Of a stretch of DNA of 64,000 bases, positions 34,317 to 47,588 are shown one piece after another. The notes under the pieces were generated by a model, which was given only the letters and a program-made list of their open reading frames with translations, was not told where the DNA came from and did not search any database. The stretch's first letter is position 1; every line of letters begins with the position of its first letter. A program made the position numbers and the translations under genes. Location: NCBI GenBank assembly GCA_973895155.1, contig OZ316894.1:26836240-26900239 (forward strand), read 5' to 3'. Source of the DNA: Marsupella aquatica (Eukaryota; Plantae; Marchantiophyta).

Positions 34317-35879
34317 TTCGCACCTGCTCGGGTGCCTTGGGGCTTGATGCCCCCTTGGAGGCTTCTAAATGGTTTAGGTAAAAAAAGGGCCCAAAAAGAC
34401 AAAGGGCACGAAGAGGTAACAAGAGGGAGAGGGCATACAAATTAAAAAAACACACCTAACAGACCACAATTCCAAACAAGTAAATGGCATCAAAGGAATA
34501 TTAGAGGGAATATCACCAGGTCACACTAGGGAGGAAGGTAACAATAGGGGTAACAAAAGGAGGATCAACCAAGACAAAAAGAAAAGTAAACCAAGATGGA
34601 GGTTGGTGTGCACACCTTGAGCCACTAAACACCTAAAACATAAAATGTTTTTAAACCCCACTAAAGTAGATTTGGTTCCCTAAGTGAGCCACCCACTTAA
34701 CTTTGGGATGCATGTGTCTCACAAGCTAGGTTGGCGGCCTCTAAACATTTTTGGTTTGTAGTCTCATATTTACCTCCAAACTAGACACAAAATGTATGAA
34801 TAATGTAAGTCCACAAAATAGCCAATTGCACCACAATTTGAGTTGAAATTCCGTCACAAATTCCGTCAGAAATTGTCAACACAAACCAGAATTCCAGTGA
34901 ACATTAGAAGCTCATAACGTCCACCTCTCAAGCCATTTTTCACTCAAACTTCACCAATGCAACCGCATCGGCATACTCCATCCAAAATTGCAATAAAGCA
35001 TCCAGTTGTTATCCATCCAACAGAGGTTCTATCAAAATTTCAGCATAGCTTTTGCACGACCTTTGTTCATCACAAACAATCTGTAGCAAGCCTTCTCTAA
35101 CCAGCAACAAATAGAGCTTTTGCACGACCATTACAGTGAGCATAGCCACTGCCATAAGCTCTCAATGCAATCAGATTTAATCACTCCGCATCCAACCAAT
35201 TAGTTTCAAAAATCAGAGCTTGATCAGAGTATGCTCACAAGATTTTGACAACACTTCCAAACTCAGTCAATTATCACCAACCAACAACTCGCATCAACGA
35301 TCAGCAAACCATCCACCAACAATCGGCACCAACAAACAATGAACGAACGAACAAATCACCAAGCTCCACCAAGCACCTCCACTGGTTTGCACAGTTCAGA
35401 AACTGAGAGCATTCGCTCTTCTCTTATTCTTCCAAGTAATCTCTTTCAAAACTGAACTCCGCCGCAAGGTATCACTAAGTCGAGCCAAACTCACGTGCTA
35501 GCCATGCGGGACTCCAAGTCTATACACATAGCAAAACCCTGCTAATGTTGCTCTACATGCCAACCGGTATACACTCTCTCTCTCTCACCATAGCCACACT
35601 CACACGAGCTCTACTAGTGCCGGAAGGCTTAACTTGGAAGAATGAGGAGCTAATCCTCATTCTCCAAGGTATACCCCCATGGCACAAAGGGCATGGTAAC
35701 CTGGGTGAACAGGTCATCCCTACCAGGTGACCTGCTATACCAGGTCACCTTCCCAAACTCACAACACAACATGTGCAACCAACGAAGTTGCAACCCAAAT
35801 GCAACATGAAGTTACATATACATGGTATTCCAAGACTTTTTGTTTCTTAAGAACAGCTCGAGTAAAGCTGCAAGGGCTT

Positions 35880-36915
35880 ATGCAAGAACAGATTGCGGTG
35901 TTTTGAAGAAAGGCTGCCCAATATCAGGTAATCAAGGGAGTGTTGCATCGCTTTGGAATGGACGGAAGAAGTCAAAGGTGTCTAGAAGAACATGAAGTAA
36001 GGAGGGTGTTGCGAGCTATGCACAGGGAGGAAGCAGGAGGTTATTTTGCACTGATCACTACAGCCAAAAAGATACTTGATGCTAGCTACTGGTGGCCAAC
36101 TTTGCATAAGGATGTACATCAATTCATTAAGGAATGTGATCCTTGTCAGAGAGCAGGAGGACCAAGAGCATCTACTCGGCATCCACTATATCCAATTTTA
36201 CCACTTGCACGTTTTGAAAAATGGGGTATTGACTACATTGGGCCGTTGAAACCTGTAACATCTCCCAGGAAAAATAAGTATATTATCTTAGCAACGGACT
36301 ATGCATTGAAATGGGTAGAGGCTAGGCTGACTACTAAAGATGACGCTATCACAACAACCCAATTTCTGTATGAGCATATATTTACTAGGTATGGGGCGCC
36401 TCTGAAATTAGTAAGCAATAGAGGGACCCATTTTCTTAATAATGTCATTGGCCAACTGAATGAGAGGTACTTAGTACGTCATTGACCAACTACTCCATAC
36501 CATCCGAAGGCTAATGGATTAACAGAACGAGCGAATGGCATTATCGGGACGATTCTTAACAAGACAGTTGCATTGCACAAGACAGATTGGGATGACAAGT
36601 TGTTTGCTGCGGTGTTTGCTAACAATTTAGCACACAAGACGACCATGGGTCACACACCTTCTTTTTGACATTTGGGCAAGAGGCATTGGTACCAATTGAA
36701 CTAGAAGTACCTACTTATTGGGTTACCATTGAGAACCTACTATGGGAGGAAGGAAGTACTCTTCTCAAATGGATCCGCACAGTTAGCCAACATCGCTGGT
36801 GAGATCTATCCTGTCCGAGTACATCATGATCGTTTAAAAAGATACTACATGAGTGAAGATGAAGTAGTTCTCCAGGACTCTTCACAATTAAGTGGGGAGC
36901 TACGTGATACCCTTA
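35880..36915 (+). pseudogene. Ty3/gypsy integrase fragment with PPT and a stub of LTR
   Basis: YWWPTLHKDV...CDPCQR, FEKWGIDYIGP, ATDYALKWVEA; stops downstream. PPT aagtggggag-cta at about 36890-36902 followed by cgtgatacc. Confidence 0.88.
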
Positions 36916-39900
36916 TGGGGATTCTCAAGTTTGAATCTCAAGTTTGAATTGCAATGTTTGGATAATCACAAACACAAAGCTCTTTCACTATGCCGGCTGG
37001 ATGGTCTTAGGTGACTCAAATACCAACTCCTCAACCATGAAACTCTCAGCCTTTAACCCTCTACTCTAAACCGTGAAATTATCAATTCTCAACCCTCCAC
37101 CCTGGGTGACCCAAACCCTCACACCTTCACCCTCCATCACCTGAACCCAAACTGTCCACGCACAACCCTCAGTACCCAAACCATCAGGGCATTTCATGTG
37201 GACACTAACCCCAACATTTATACTTAGTAGGGCTTTCCTCATTAAATTTTTGAATGGGTTGCCATGGGGAATATGTCCTATCCGATCAATCTGGTCTTGA
37301 GATATAGCATACTCATCCTGGAACATGAAAAGTTATTTTGTCCTCTAGCAAAAAGTTTAAGTTTTTTAGTGAAATACAGGTGATCTATTTTTTTGTGGCA
37401 AATATAAATAGGACATTGATTAGGAAGCGTGACATTGAAAATTTGTGCACATACGGTACAAGAATAAAAGTACACATGTAAAGAAAAATAATAATGAACA
37501 GAAAAAATTTAAGTCTATGGTATTGGGTTCTTCACATACTATACACCAGTAAAGATACTCATGTACTTATCTTTAGGTAATGACACTCAAATGAATTAAA
37601 ACCATAAATTTAGGACACAAAACCATGAGTAGAACTTAAAGACATGAGGAGTGCACTTTAATTAGATCATTTCTTCTTCACTAAGGGCTAGAACTTCTGT
37701 GAGCTTTGTTAAAGGGTGGATGATCAAAAGTATATCAAAGATTAAAAAATTTAGAGGGGTGCCAGATTAAATTCAAAATCTAAAGTATACAAGGGATGCA
37801 CCTTGGCCAAGACACATTGAATTAAAATACACAAAAAAAGAAATTTGAATAAGACAAAATACTGGAAGATGGATTCACCATATAGCACTTGAGACAATTG
37901 AAGAGCGAAATATAGTTTGATTGTGGCCATTGAGAATCCTGAGGACATCACAATCTGGTCGTCAGACAATTGAAGAGTCGTGAAGCGTAGATGTATTCTC
38001 TCAAACCACCACAGAATCTTGGTCTAAGTTTTCTCTGAGTGATACAGATATTGTGGCTATTGAGAATCCTCAGGACATCATAGTGCAGTCAGATCTCTTC
38101 TTTTACCTCACCTCAATTGGATCAGCGGCACAACTGCTTTGAGGAAACTGTTGGCAATCAATCCCCAGTCGAATTGCAGTTCGAATTTGGAATGCGCAGT
38201 TCGGCCCACTTAGCTGGGCTCAGTTCGGCTCAGTTAGCTGGGCTCAATTCAGCTGAATTCCAAATGAAGACAAAGGTTTGTGCGAGAAAATTCGAGTGAC
38301 AGCTCAGGTTTAACACTGCCGCTTCTCAGTGCTCCTCCTCCTCCTCGTCACCAAGATCTCTACATGAATCGAAGGAGAACCGCGCTGGCTATCCCGAATC
38401 CCGGACTGTCGCAAGGTAACAATGCTTGTAGAATTCACAATCTTCTAAGAAATTACTCGTCGTAGCTCATTACGTAAGGTCGCTTTAGTTGCTTGTCGGG
38501 GACCTGGTACCGAGCTGTGTGTAGCTGCATGCTGACGAATCCAGTGATTCCTGTTTGATTCGCGTTACCACTTTTACACCGCCTCTCGCGATGTCCTTTG
38601 GGCAGAGAATTCCTAGGAAGGCCCTAGCTATACTCGATGTTCTTTTGCGTTTTAACCCTAAACTGGGGGTTAACAATACTTCTCAACTCTTAGTGGAGCG
38701 GGACAGAATCGCTTTTTCAGCCTCGTAAACTTTTCCGTCTCCCCATCCTGATTCAAGTCCTGCTCAATTCTGGGATGACGTTTCCTGCTGCCTCCAATTA
38801 TGTGCATGTGTCTTTTTTTCAGACATGTCACACTTCAAAGGATGTCTCCGTTTATGAGCTTCTTCAATTGCCCACCATAACCTAGATCAATTTTGTGCCC
38901 ACTTGCTTCAACTTCTTGTTCTGAAAGAATTGTAGAGACTGCCCAATTTGCTACTTACACGCTCTGCATATCAATATCACTTGTTCACAAGTTCTTCTTT
39001 GAAGAAATGTCGCCAATTTTTCGTTTGTATGCAGGACAATTTGGTTGGAAAGAATTCTTTCTTGGAGGGTGATAAACAAGAGTACTTGCGCCAAACGTTC
39101 TCAGAGGGCAATGTGCAGGTGTGGTGGTGGTTGCTTTGGGATTTGAAATTCTCATACTTTTTCCTCTCAATATCAATAGTTTTGATTCTCAAGTTTGAAT
39201 TGCAATGCTGGGATAATTCTTAGAAGAGTACAGCAATTCTTAATTTATTATTGTTAATGATGGACGTCATCCTGGAGAAGATACTGCTACTTTGATGCTT
39301 CTAGGGGTTCCTCCAACTGTTACGTTGAGCTGAGATTCCTCTGCCTGGGCAAGGTTTCCCCAACAGAGCCTTCACGTAGTGAATTTGTTTTCCTCAGTCC
39401 AAGGGGAAGGAAAGGTGAGAGTTGAGATTTGAGGGCTCTGCAAGATTGCACTACTTAGACTGTTTGAACGTTTGTCAAACAGATAAGATCATATTCCTCA
39501 CAACTGTACCATTAAGCTCTCTAGTCCCGGCACGGGAACGAATCTGACTCGATGGAAATTTTGGATATGGACCGCTTTAGACAACACGCCACAGCCAGGT
39601 ATGATTAATTTTGTATGCATGTCATTTGTTGGATTATGATGTGATCAAACGACCTCGAATGCATTCTCAGCAAAGACGTTTGGTTTGCAGAGTTCGTCCT
39701 TCATCTTCCGGTTCGATTGGTATGGGCATCAGCCATTGTTCTTGTACAAGGGCTTCAGGTAATGAGACTGAAGAGCGATTTCAACGTTACGTGTAGCTAC
39801 TTTTAAATAGAAACTTTTGTTTAGCACCACGGTGTGAGATTTCTGGTTGCGTGAATTTCCTGCCATGAGGCTTATGCGATGAAGACTTGACTTGAACTTC

Positions 39901-40759
39901 AAGTATGATTATTTTGTCATCTCCAAGGAAGCACAGGGAGAGAGTGTGAGGGGTGCTGTCACATTCATGTGACATGTGTCTCTCGACGGATTCTATAACA
40001 ACCAATTTAAAGAATGCTGGATAGGCTTTAACTCTGAATTGTAAAGAGAGGAAGGGGTAGCGCTTTCACATTCATGTCATCTGTGTCTAATCACAATGGA
40101 TTCCCTAGAGCCAGTCGAGAGATGCTGGCCAGGCTTTATTTGTGAATTATAGCCTCTTAAGAAAAAACTGAGATTCTGGTTTGTGTATAACATAGAAAGG
40201 ACAGTGTATGAAACGCTTGTAAAGGTGCCCTAAGAATCTATCGTATGCAAAACCCAAGGATAACATGTGACTGCTGGCTGAAGTTCTTTAGCGCCAATTC
40301 GATAGCCACTTGACTGTGTCCTTTCTATGGTTACAGTGAAATACGGGAGTATGAACGAGCTTGTGGATATTGAACTATCTGGATATGCCTTTCACAATTA
40401 ATTCAGAATTCTATTCTAAGATCATTGCATTCTTGACAGATAGCCGTTACTCTCAGTTGAAAAGGAGTGATACAACGTTTGCAAGTTATCTGTACCAAAG
40501 CTCACAGCATAGCAAGGGAGACGAGAAAAGACATGTTTGGACGGAGGTAGGAATGAACCCTAGAACTCCAGCAACTTACCGGTCTGCTATCTATTTCTGA
40601 ACATTCATTGTAGAAAGATCGTTGGGAAACATAGTCCTCAAGGATTCACTTCAAATTCATTGCACCTCGTGGAATCTCCTGGATTATCCTGGTACCAGAT
40701 CTGATCGTGGGTTGTGGTGCTGACAGAGGAAGCCCAAAGCACTTCATTTCAATCATAAG

Positions 40760-43003
40760 ATGACAAGGAAAGCACTTGGGGTGGATGAATGGTCAACTCC
40801 AGCATGGGTTAAGCCAAGGGCGAATTTGATTACTCACTGCGGATTTGAGTCTCATGTTAGATATGGCGCGAGAGATCGGTCTCAAGTCCCTGCAAAAGGG
40901 AATGGCAGTAGGCATATGCACGAAACAATTGCTGTTTTGAAAGATCGTCTACAGCGAAGCATTACTATAGACTCGTACACATATGTTAAAGTCCTGCAAA
41001 TGTGCTCGCAACGGAAAGACCTTGCAGCAGTCGAGCAAATTCATGATTGCATCATCGAGAGTGGAATTCATAAACATCCATATGTGGCAGTCACGCTCTT
41101 GAATGTGTATATCAAATGCGGAGGATTGTTAGATGCTCGTCGAGTTTTTGATCAACTTGAGACGAAGAGTGTTATTACTTGGAACGCGATGATAGCAGGA
41201 TTTGCTAATAGTAATCATGCTGAATCTGTATCGGACCTTTTTAATCAAATGCGCCAAGAAGGCGTCCAGCCTAATGAGATGACGTATCTGAGCATCCTGA
41301 AAGGATGTGCCAGCCCGTTAGCTCTAACACGCGGAAAAGAAATTCATGCGCGTATTCGACATGCTGGCTTTGAATCAGACGTGCGTGTAGGGACTGCTCT
41401 CCTACGGATGTACGCAAATTGTGGGTGCATCACCGAGGCAAGGATTGTTTTCGAAAAGTTGACAAATCGAGATGTCATGACATGGAATGTTATGATTGGA
41501 GCATATGCAGTAGGTGGTGATGGTGTGGAAGCATATCGACTGTTTCTCCAAATGAGACGTGAAGGCTTCGAACCAAATACATTCACTTATGTGAGCATCC
41601 TGAATGCATCTGCAAGTGAGGGGGCTTTGGAATGGGTGAAGGAAGTCCATGGCCATGCTAGCAAAGCGGGACTGGAGTCAGATTTGCGTGTGGGCAGTGC
41701 ACTGGTTCACATGTATGCAGAGAGTGGCGGTATAGATGATGCCCGGCTTGTCTTTGACAGAATGGGGAAACGCGATGTAGTCACATGGACTGTAATGATC
41801 GGTGGACTTGCACAGCATGGATGTGGGCATGAAGCCTATCGACTGTTTCTCGAAATGAGACGTGAAGGCTTCGAACCAAATGCATTCACTTATGTGAGCA
41901 TCCTGAATGCATCTGCAAGTGAGGGGGCTTTGGAATGGGTGAAGGAAGTTCATGGCCATGCTAGCAAAGCGGGACTGGAGTCAGATTTGCGTGTAGGCAG
42001 TGCACTGGTTCACATGTATGCAGAGAGTGGCAGTATAGCTGACGCCCGACTTGTTTTCAACAGAATGGAGAAACGTGATGTAGTCACTTGGAACATAATG
42101 ATCGGTGGACTTGCACAACACGGCTATGGGCATGAAGCCCTTGAACTTTTCAGAAAAATGAATGCAGACCATGTGAAGCCCATCGAGACGTCATTTATAG
42201 CTGTGTTGTCAGCCTGTTCTCATGGAGGCCTTGTCGATGATGGCCGTAGAATCTTTTCTGCCATGACGCAAGATTATGGTATCGAGCGTACTGCTGTTCA
42301 CTATGCCCTTATGGTGGATATTCTTGGGAGGGCGGGACACGTGGAGGAAGCAAAGCAGTTGATCAGTGAGATGCCGATCGAACCAAATGTTGTGACTTGG
42401 ACAGCCTTGCTTGGAGCTTGTAGAACTTACGGTAACGTGGAGCTGGGCGAAGTGGCCGCTAACGAGCTTTTCAAGTTGGAACCCGGTAGGGCCTCTACAT
42501 ATGTGCTGCTCTCCAATATCTATGCTGCAGCTGGGAAGTGGGAGAAGGTGTCATCTGTGCGCACTATGATGCAAGCGAGAGGGGTTCGCAAGGAGCCAGG
42601 GCGTAGCTGGATTGAAGTTGATAACAAGATCCATGAATTTGTTGTGGGGGATACATCTCACCCAGAAGCGAAAGCTATATATACTGAGCTGAATAAGTTG
42701 AGTGTAGAACTGAAGGCTGAAGGGTACATTCCGGATACCCGGCTTGTGTTGCATGATATGAATGAGGAGGATAAAGAGCTAGCTCTTTGCTCTCATAGTG
42801 AGAAGTTAGCGATTGTTTACGGACTTATGCACCTACCTCGGGGAGAAGCAATTCGTGTAAGTAAGAACCTTCGGGTGTGTTTAGATTGCCACTCAGCATC
42901 CAAGTATATCTCTAAGGTGACCGGACGCGAGATTATTGCGAGGGATGCAAATCGGTTCCACCATTTTAAAGATGGATTGTGTTCTTGCGGTGATTACTGG
43001 TGA
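40760..43003 (+). CDS. PLS-class PPR protein with E and DYW deaminase domains (organellar C-to-U RNA editing factor)
   Basis: P-L-S triplets, PG box KEPGRSWIEV, HSEKLA, KNLRVCLDCH, C-terminal CSCGDYW. The 5' end is uncertain: a possible acceptor ctgacag lies just upstream. Confidence 0.96.
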   Translation: MTRKALGVDEWSTPAWVKPRANLITHCGFESHVRYGARDRSQVPAKGNGSRHMHETIAVLKDRLQRSITIDSYTYVKVLQMCSQRKDLAAVEQIHDCIIESGIHKHPYVAVTLLNVYIKCGGLLDARRVFDQLETKSVITWNAMIAGFANSNHAESVSDLFNQMRQEGVQPNEMTYLSILKGCASPLALTRGKEIHARIRHAGFESDVRVGTALLRMYANCGCITEARIVFEKLTNRDVMTWNVMIGAYAVGGDGVEAYRLFLQMRREGFEPNTFTYVSILNASASEGALEWVKEVHGHASKAGLESDLRVGSALVHMYAESGGIDDARLVFDRMGKRDVVTWTVMIGGLAQHGCGHEAYRLFLEMRREGFEPNAFTYVSILNASASEGALEWVKEVHGHASKAGLESDLRVGSALVHMYAESGSIADARLVFNRMEKRDVVTWNIMIGGLAQHGYGHEALELFRKMNADHVKPIETSFIAVLSACSHGGLVDDGRRIFSAMTQDYGIERTAVHYALMVDILGRAGHVEEAKQLISEMPIEPNVVTWTALLGACRTYGNVELGEVAANELFKLEPGRASTYVLLSNIYAAAGKWEKVSSVRTMMQARGVRKEPGRSWIEVDNKIHEFVVGDTSHPEAKAIYTELNKLSVELKAEGYIPDTRLVLHDMNEEDKELALCSHSEKLAIVYGLMHLPRGEAIRVSKNLRVCLDCHSASKYISKVTGREIIARDANRFHHFKDGLCSCGDYW

Positions 43004-44396
43004 ACCCGATTGAAAGCTGTGTTGGGCGGGCTGGAAAGAGACTATAAAGCAGTACCCACTGGCAGCGCACATACAATCAGGTCTTCGTTGCTGCAATTCT
43101 GTAACATTAATTTTTGAGATTCTGCAATTTGGGGTTGTAACTAGCCCTCTTCTGGCTGAAAGACCATATCATCTAAGAGAAATGTTACGCCAGTTTAGTT
43201 TTGAGAGTAGAAGTCATGAATGCATTAAATCAAGCTCTTGGCGTGCTATGTAGAAAGTTCTTTGATATCTTTGTCAAATTTTGTCTTTAGATTAGAAGGG
43301 TTTGCATACAGCAGCTGCCTTGCCGTGAACATGGTACTGGAAGGGAACTCGCTTTGCTGCCAGGAGACGTGAAAATCAAGGGCATAAAGATAGAATTCGC
43401 CGATGGCAACCGCCACCAGCATAGAAACTTTAAGCAATCAGTTTCATAGTTTACGGACTTGCAGAGGAAGCCTTTCGGTCCCAGACTCCAGATCTTATAC
43501 AGCTTGATGATGTAGATTGAAGATTAGACATTTTAATTCTAGTAAGGGGTCATGTTCTTCTGCTTCAAAGCGAGTTGACAGTCTGAATTCAACCAAAAAG
43601 GATATGAAGTTCCATCTGCAACTCAAGTATTCTGAGCTCGCAGATTCGCAAGACAAGGTCGTGAAACGTGCTCAAAAGCTTGCTAACTACTCCGGGGTTA
43701 AGGAAGGCGTAAGTTCTCATTTTAGTGGCAGTGATGCTCTGTGCATTGGTATCCTCAAGTGATATAGGACAAGGCAGGAAAGTGGACTGTATTTGCAGGA
43801 GAAATTTTCTACGTTGATGGTATGATTGAAATCCTAAAGCTGATAGACAGTGGACGTGAACGTAGAAGGGAGCATAGTTCTGCAAGGATAGTGGATTAGC
43901 ATGTTCTGTTGCTTCTACTGCGCCCTTGCCTATTTCAAGAAAATAGATTCATCTCCAGAAGGTCTTAAACCGTTAATCTGTTCCCTGGGCTGAATTTTGC
44001 CAATCTTATAGCTGTTGTCCTCAATCCTCGGCAGTCGAAACTCAACCGGCGAGGTATTGTACAATGTGAGCAAACAGGAAATCTTGCTAGCGAGACTGGA
44101 AATTTCTATGGAGGCAGACCCTCATAAACAACCGCTTCCGCACAAAGCTGCATAATCAAAGTCAAACACAAATCATGAGTCACAGGCAACGAATCATTCT
44201 CAATCGCGGAGTCACCACCTGTCACCCATGCTGGATTGACATTCATTTTGCAACCGTTGGACCACTCCCATGCACCGTACCAAATCAATGGAGGTTGACT
44301 AGTCAATCAAATTCAAAGAGGAGAATGCTATCTCATTGGTACTATCATCACAAGAAACACCATTGTTCCGCAGAGCCGTTTCCTCTTTGCATCACC

Positions 44397-44690
44397 ACGC
44401 GTTAAATCTACACTTTGTTAATGCTCCCCGATCGTCTTGGGGCCCCCGTACACTGCCCGTCCCAGTTCCCAATGTTGCTGCCCGCTCCGGCCCGAGTTTG
44501 CCAAAACATAAACTCAAAGTTGACGGCACAAAGTTGATCGAGCCGGGGCATGTGACAATATGGTAGAGTTTCGGTTTATGTTCCGGCAAACTCGGTCTGG
44601 AGCGGGCAGCAACATCGGGGACTGGGACGGGCAGTGTACGGGGTCCCAACAAGATCGAGGAGCATTAACGCGGTGTAGATTTAATGCGCG
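44397..44690. repeat. Fold-back/MITE-like element with ~120-bp inverted arms
   Basis: gcgttaaatctacac...gagtttgccaaaacataaac pairs with gtttatgttccggcaaactc...gtgtagatttaatgc. Confidence 0.85.
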
Positions 44691-45203
44691 GTTTTGCATC
44701 GTATGAGTGGAACGTGTGAAGAGTACATTACGTTCCCCCACGCTTCATACTCTCTCACTCAGGCGGGCCCAGTTCTCTCTCAACCATTTTGTGGGCAGTC
44801 CATAGGATGTTCATAGTTTGGTTCCTTTTTAGTCAGGAAAATTGAAATCTGCTCCCTATTGTTGAATGCTCTTCCATTTGTGAGTTAGAGGCCACCAGAC
44901 AGCAAATCTGTTACCCTTTTGTTACTCTCTTGTAGGATTGCATTTATGGGCATACACGGCACGCACAAACTCAAAGGCGGAACTGAAGAAGCGGAAATGG
45001 AATCTGGAAGTGCGTCCATGCAATCCAGTAACTAATCACCAATGTACCTCTGAATGGCTCTCCCAATTTTTCAGAAGGCCTTGAATCAAGGCAAAGTTTG
45101 TTTCATTTCCCAAGTCCTCGAACTTCTTGAATCCTGCAGGGGTCAAGTGCAAGATTGAGGGGTACCGAAGGAGGCACCAAGGATTACTGCGCTTTAAATC
45201 TAC

Positions 45204-45342
45204 GTTAAATCTACATCAGTCGTACTACAAGACCATAAACCAAGACACATGTAGTTCAAATTACTTGGTTAGTACATCATACATATAGTGTATTCGTTTA
45301 TGTTGTGGTGTATGGAGTGCATTAACTTGACGTAGATTTAAC
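45204..45342. repeat. Short related MITE-like element
   Basis: Perfect inverted termini GTTAAATCTAC (45204) and GTAGATTTAAC (45342), the same motif as in 44397-44690. Confidence 0.5.
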
Positions 45343-46009
45343 AAAAAGTCAAGGATTAGCTCAAACAAGGAGAGGGAAAAGACTGGAATGTCAGACCGGC
45401 ATCCGTTAGAATGGTGTCTTGCAGATCTTTAGAGGCAAGGTGTGTTTCGATATCTAGAGACCAAGATAGATAGTTGGATCCGTTTATATTCAATGCTTGG
45501 AAGTAGAGTTTTTCGATAGTATTTGTGGTCATTGTGGGTGTCCAAAGATTGAGGGGAATTTGTGATTCTCAATTAAATGATCACTCAATGAGATACGGTA
45601 AAATGGGAAAGTCACTTATCTTTTGTAATTTGCGCCTGCACCTTTCTCGTTCCCTTGTCCCGGAGTTATTATTGGGTAGACATTTCTCGCTCAGCTGTTT
45701 GTAGTAGCATTCAACGCTGTCCGGATTTGAGGATTGGCTGCCTTGGATGTGCTCGGGAGATTGGTAAGGCAAGATGTTTGATTGTATCCTTGAATAAAGT
45801 TATGGAGATTGGTGAAATTGGTTGGCAATATCATTAGGGGGTGAATGTTTGGCGGGATGGTATCGCCTATGTGGGAAATGGACTAATAATTTGCAATCCA
45901 AATCCCATGCCAATTTTCGACAGAAATTTACAGAGATCTGTGTATACTTTCATAAGGACACCCCTCCACATCTAATTCTCACTTCTAAAGGAAAAAGTTG
46001 AATGTAGAG

Positions 46010-46177
46010 CCTACTCGTGCTGATAGCATGTTGAGTACTACATAGAATAGTCTTCTCATTCATGTAGGGAAACATATATACATAGAGGTAGTTACTCAGG
46101 TGGTTGTAATAACTACCTTAGGTAAGTGGTTACACCTTGATTTTGATTTGGAGTAGACTTAACCTTAGGTTACAACA
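46010..46177 (-). mobile_element. Short copia-like LTR remnant with PBS-like site
   Basis: 149-bp TGTTG...CAACA (46029-46177), followed on the minus strand by TGCTATCAGCACG, which resembles a tRNA-Met PBS. Confidence 0.45.
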
Positions 46178-47588
46178 GCTTTTAAATATGTGGAGGAGGT
46201 CCACATTTGCAATGAGAATTATTCAGACGGAGGTCAAAGATTAATCGGATATTGGTCATCGTGAGTTATTTCCCGACCAATCAGGTCCGCCTCGCTAGCA
46301 AAATTTCCTGTTTTCTCGTTGAATTGACAGCCGAGGATTGAGGGAAACAACTGCCAGATTGGCATTCCAGTGTCAAGAACATTAAATTTAGTGGTTGATT
46401 GCTCCGTGACTGTTCTTGGATTAATTCAAAGGAAGAATGGTGTCTTTCCACCAGACGTCTTCAACATATCACCCAAGCAAATTCAAGCCAAAAAGTAGAG
46501 ATAACAGATTAAGCGCAGCTACTATGGTAACAGCAGGAGTTTATGATAGCAAGGTGTTCTCCTTCATTTGAATACTTACCTAATGCTCTGATTGTTATTA
46601 GTTCTCTCTCAAGACCTTCTACACATGAATCTATTTTCTTGAAGTAGGCATGGGCCCAGCAGAAGCAACAGACGCATGCTACTCCACTATTCCTTGCAGA
46701 ACCATGCTCCCTTCTACGTTCACGCGCACGGTCTATGAGCTTTCGGATTCAATCATGCCGTCAACGTAGCAAAGTTTCTACTGCAAATACAGTCCACTTT
46801 CCTGCCTTGTCCGATAATCCTTCACGATAGTACTGTACAGTGCATCATTCCATTCTCGCGTCATTTGAGAATTATTCCCTTGCGCCTTCCCTAACCCCAG
46901 AGTAGCTAACAAGCCTTCGAGCACGTTTCACGACCGTATCTTGCGAATCTGAGAAGCTCAGACAGTTGAGATGCAGATGGAACTTCATATCGTTTTGGTC
47001 GAATCCAGACTGTCAACTCCCTTTGAAGCAGAAGAACATGGCCACTTTACTCGAATTGAATTATCTAATCTTCGACATGGATATATTCGAAGATCTGAAT
47101 ACATCCATCAGTCTCGACCAAAGACTTCCTGCAAGTCGATGAACTCCAAGACTCATTGCTTGAAGTTTTCTGCTGGTGGAGGTCGCCATCCACGTATTTG
47201 ATCTTTATGCCCTTGATTTTCGTCTCCTGTCACCAATGTGAGTTCCCTTGCAGTACCATGGTCACAGGAAGGCAGCTACTGTACGCAAACTCTTCTTTTG
47301 ATCTAAGGACAATACTCAACTAAGATGTCAAAAGAGGTTTCTACATATCAAGCCAACAGCTTGATTTCACGCACCTATAATTTCGACACTCAAAACGAAA
47401 CTTGCGTGACAATTCTCTTACATGAAATGGTCGTTCAGCCAGAAGAGGGCTAGGTACAACCCCCAATTGCAGAATCTCAATTACTGTTACAGAATTGCGA
47501 CACCCAAAACCTGATTGTATCTGCGCTGCCAGTGACTACTGATTTGAAGTCACTTTCCAGCCAGCCCAACACAGCTTTCAATCTGGGT

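Noticed and set aside
34317-35870. Internal region or PBS following the LTR end
   Set aside because: No TGG-type PBS after the terminal CA. Probably unrelated repeat sequence that I could not classify.
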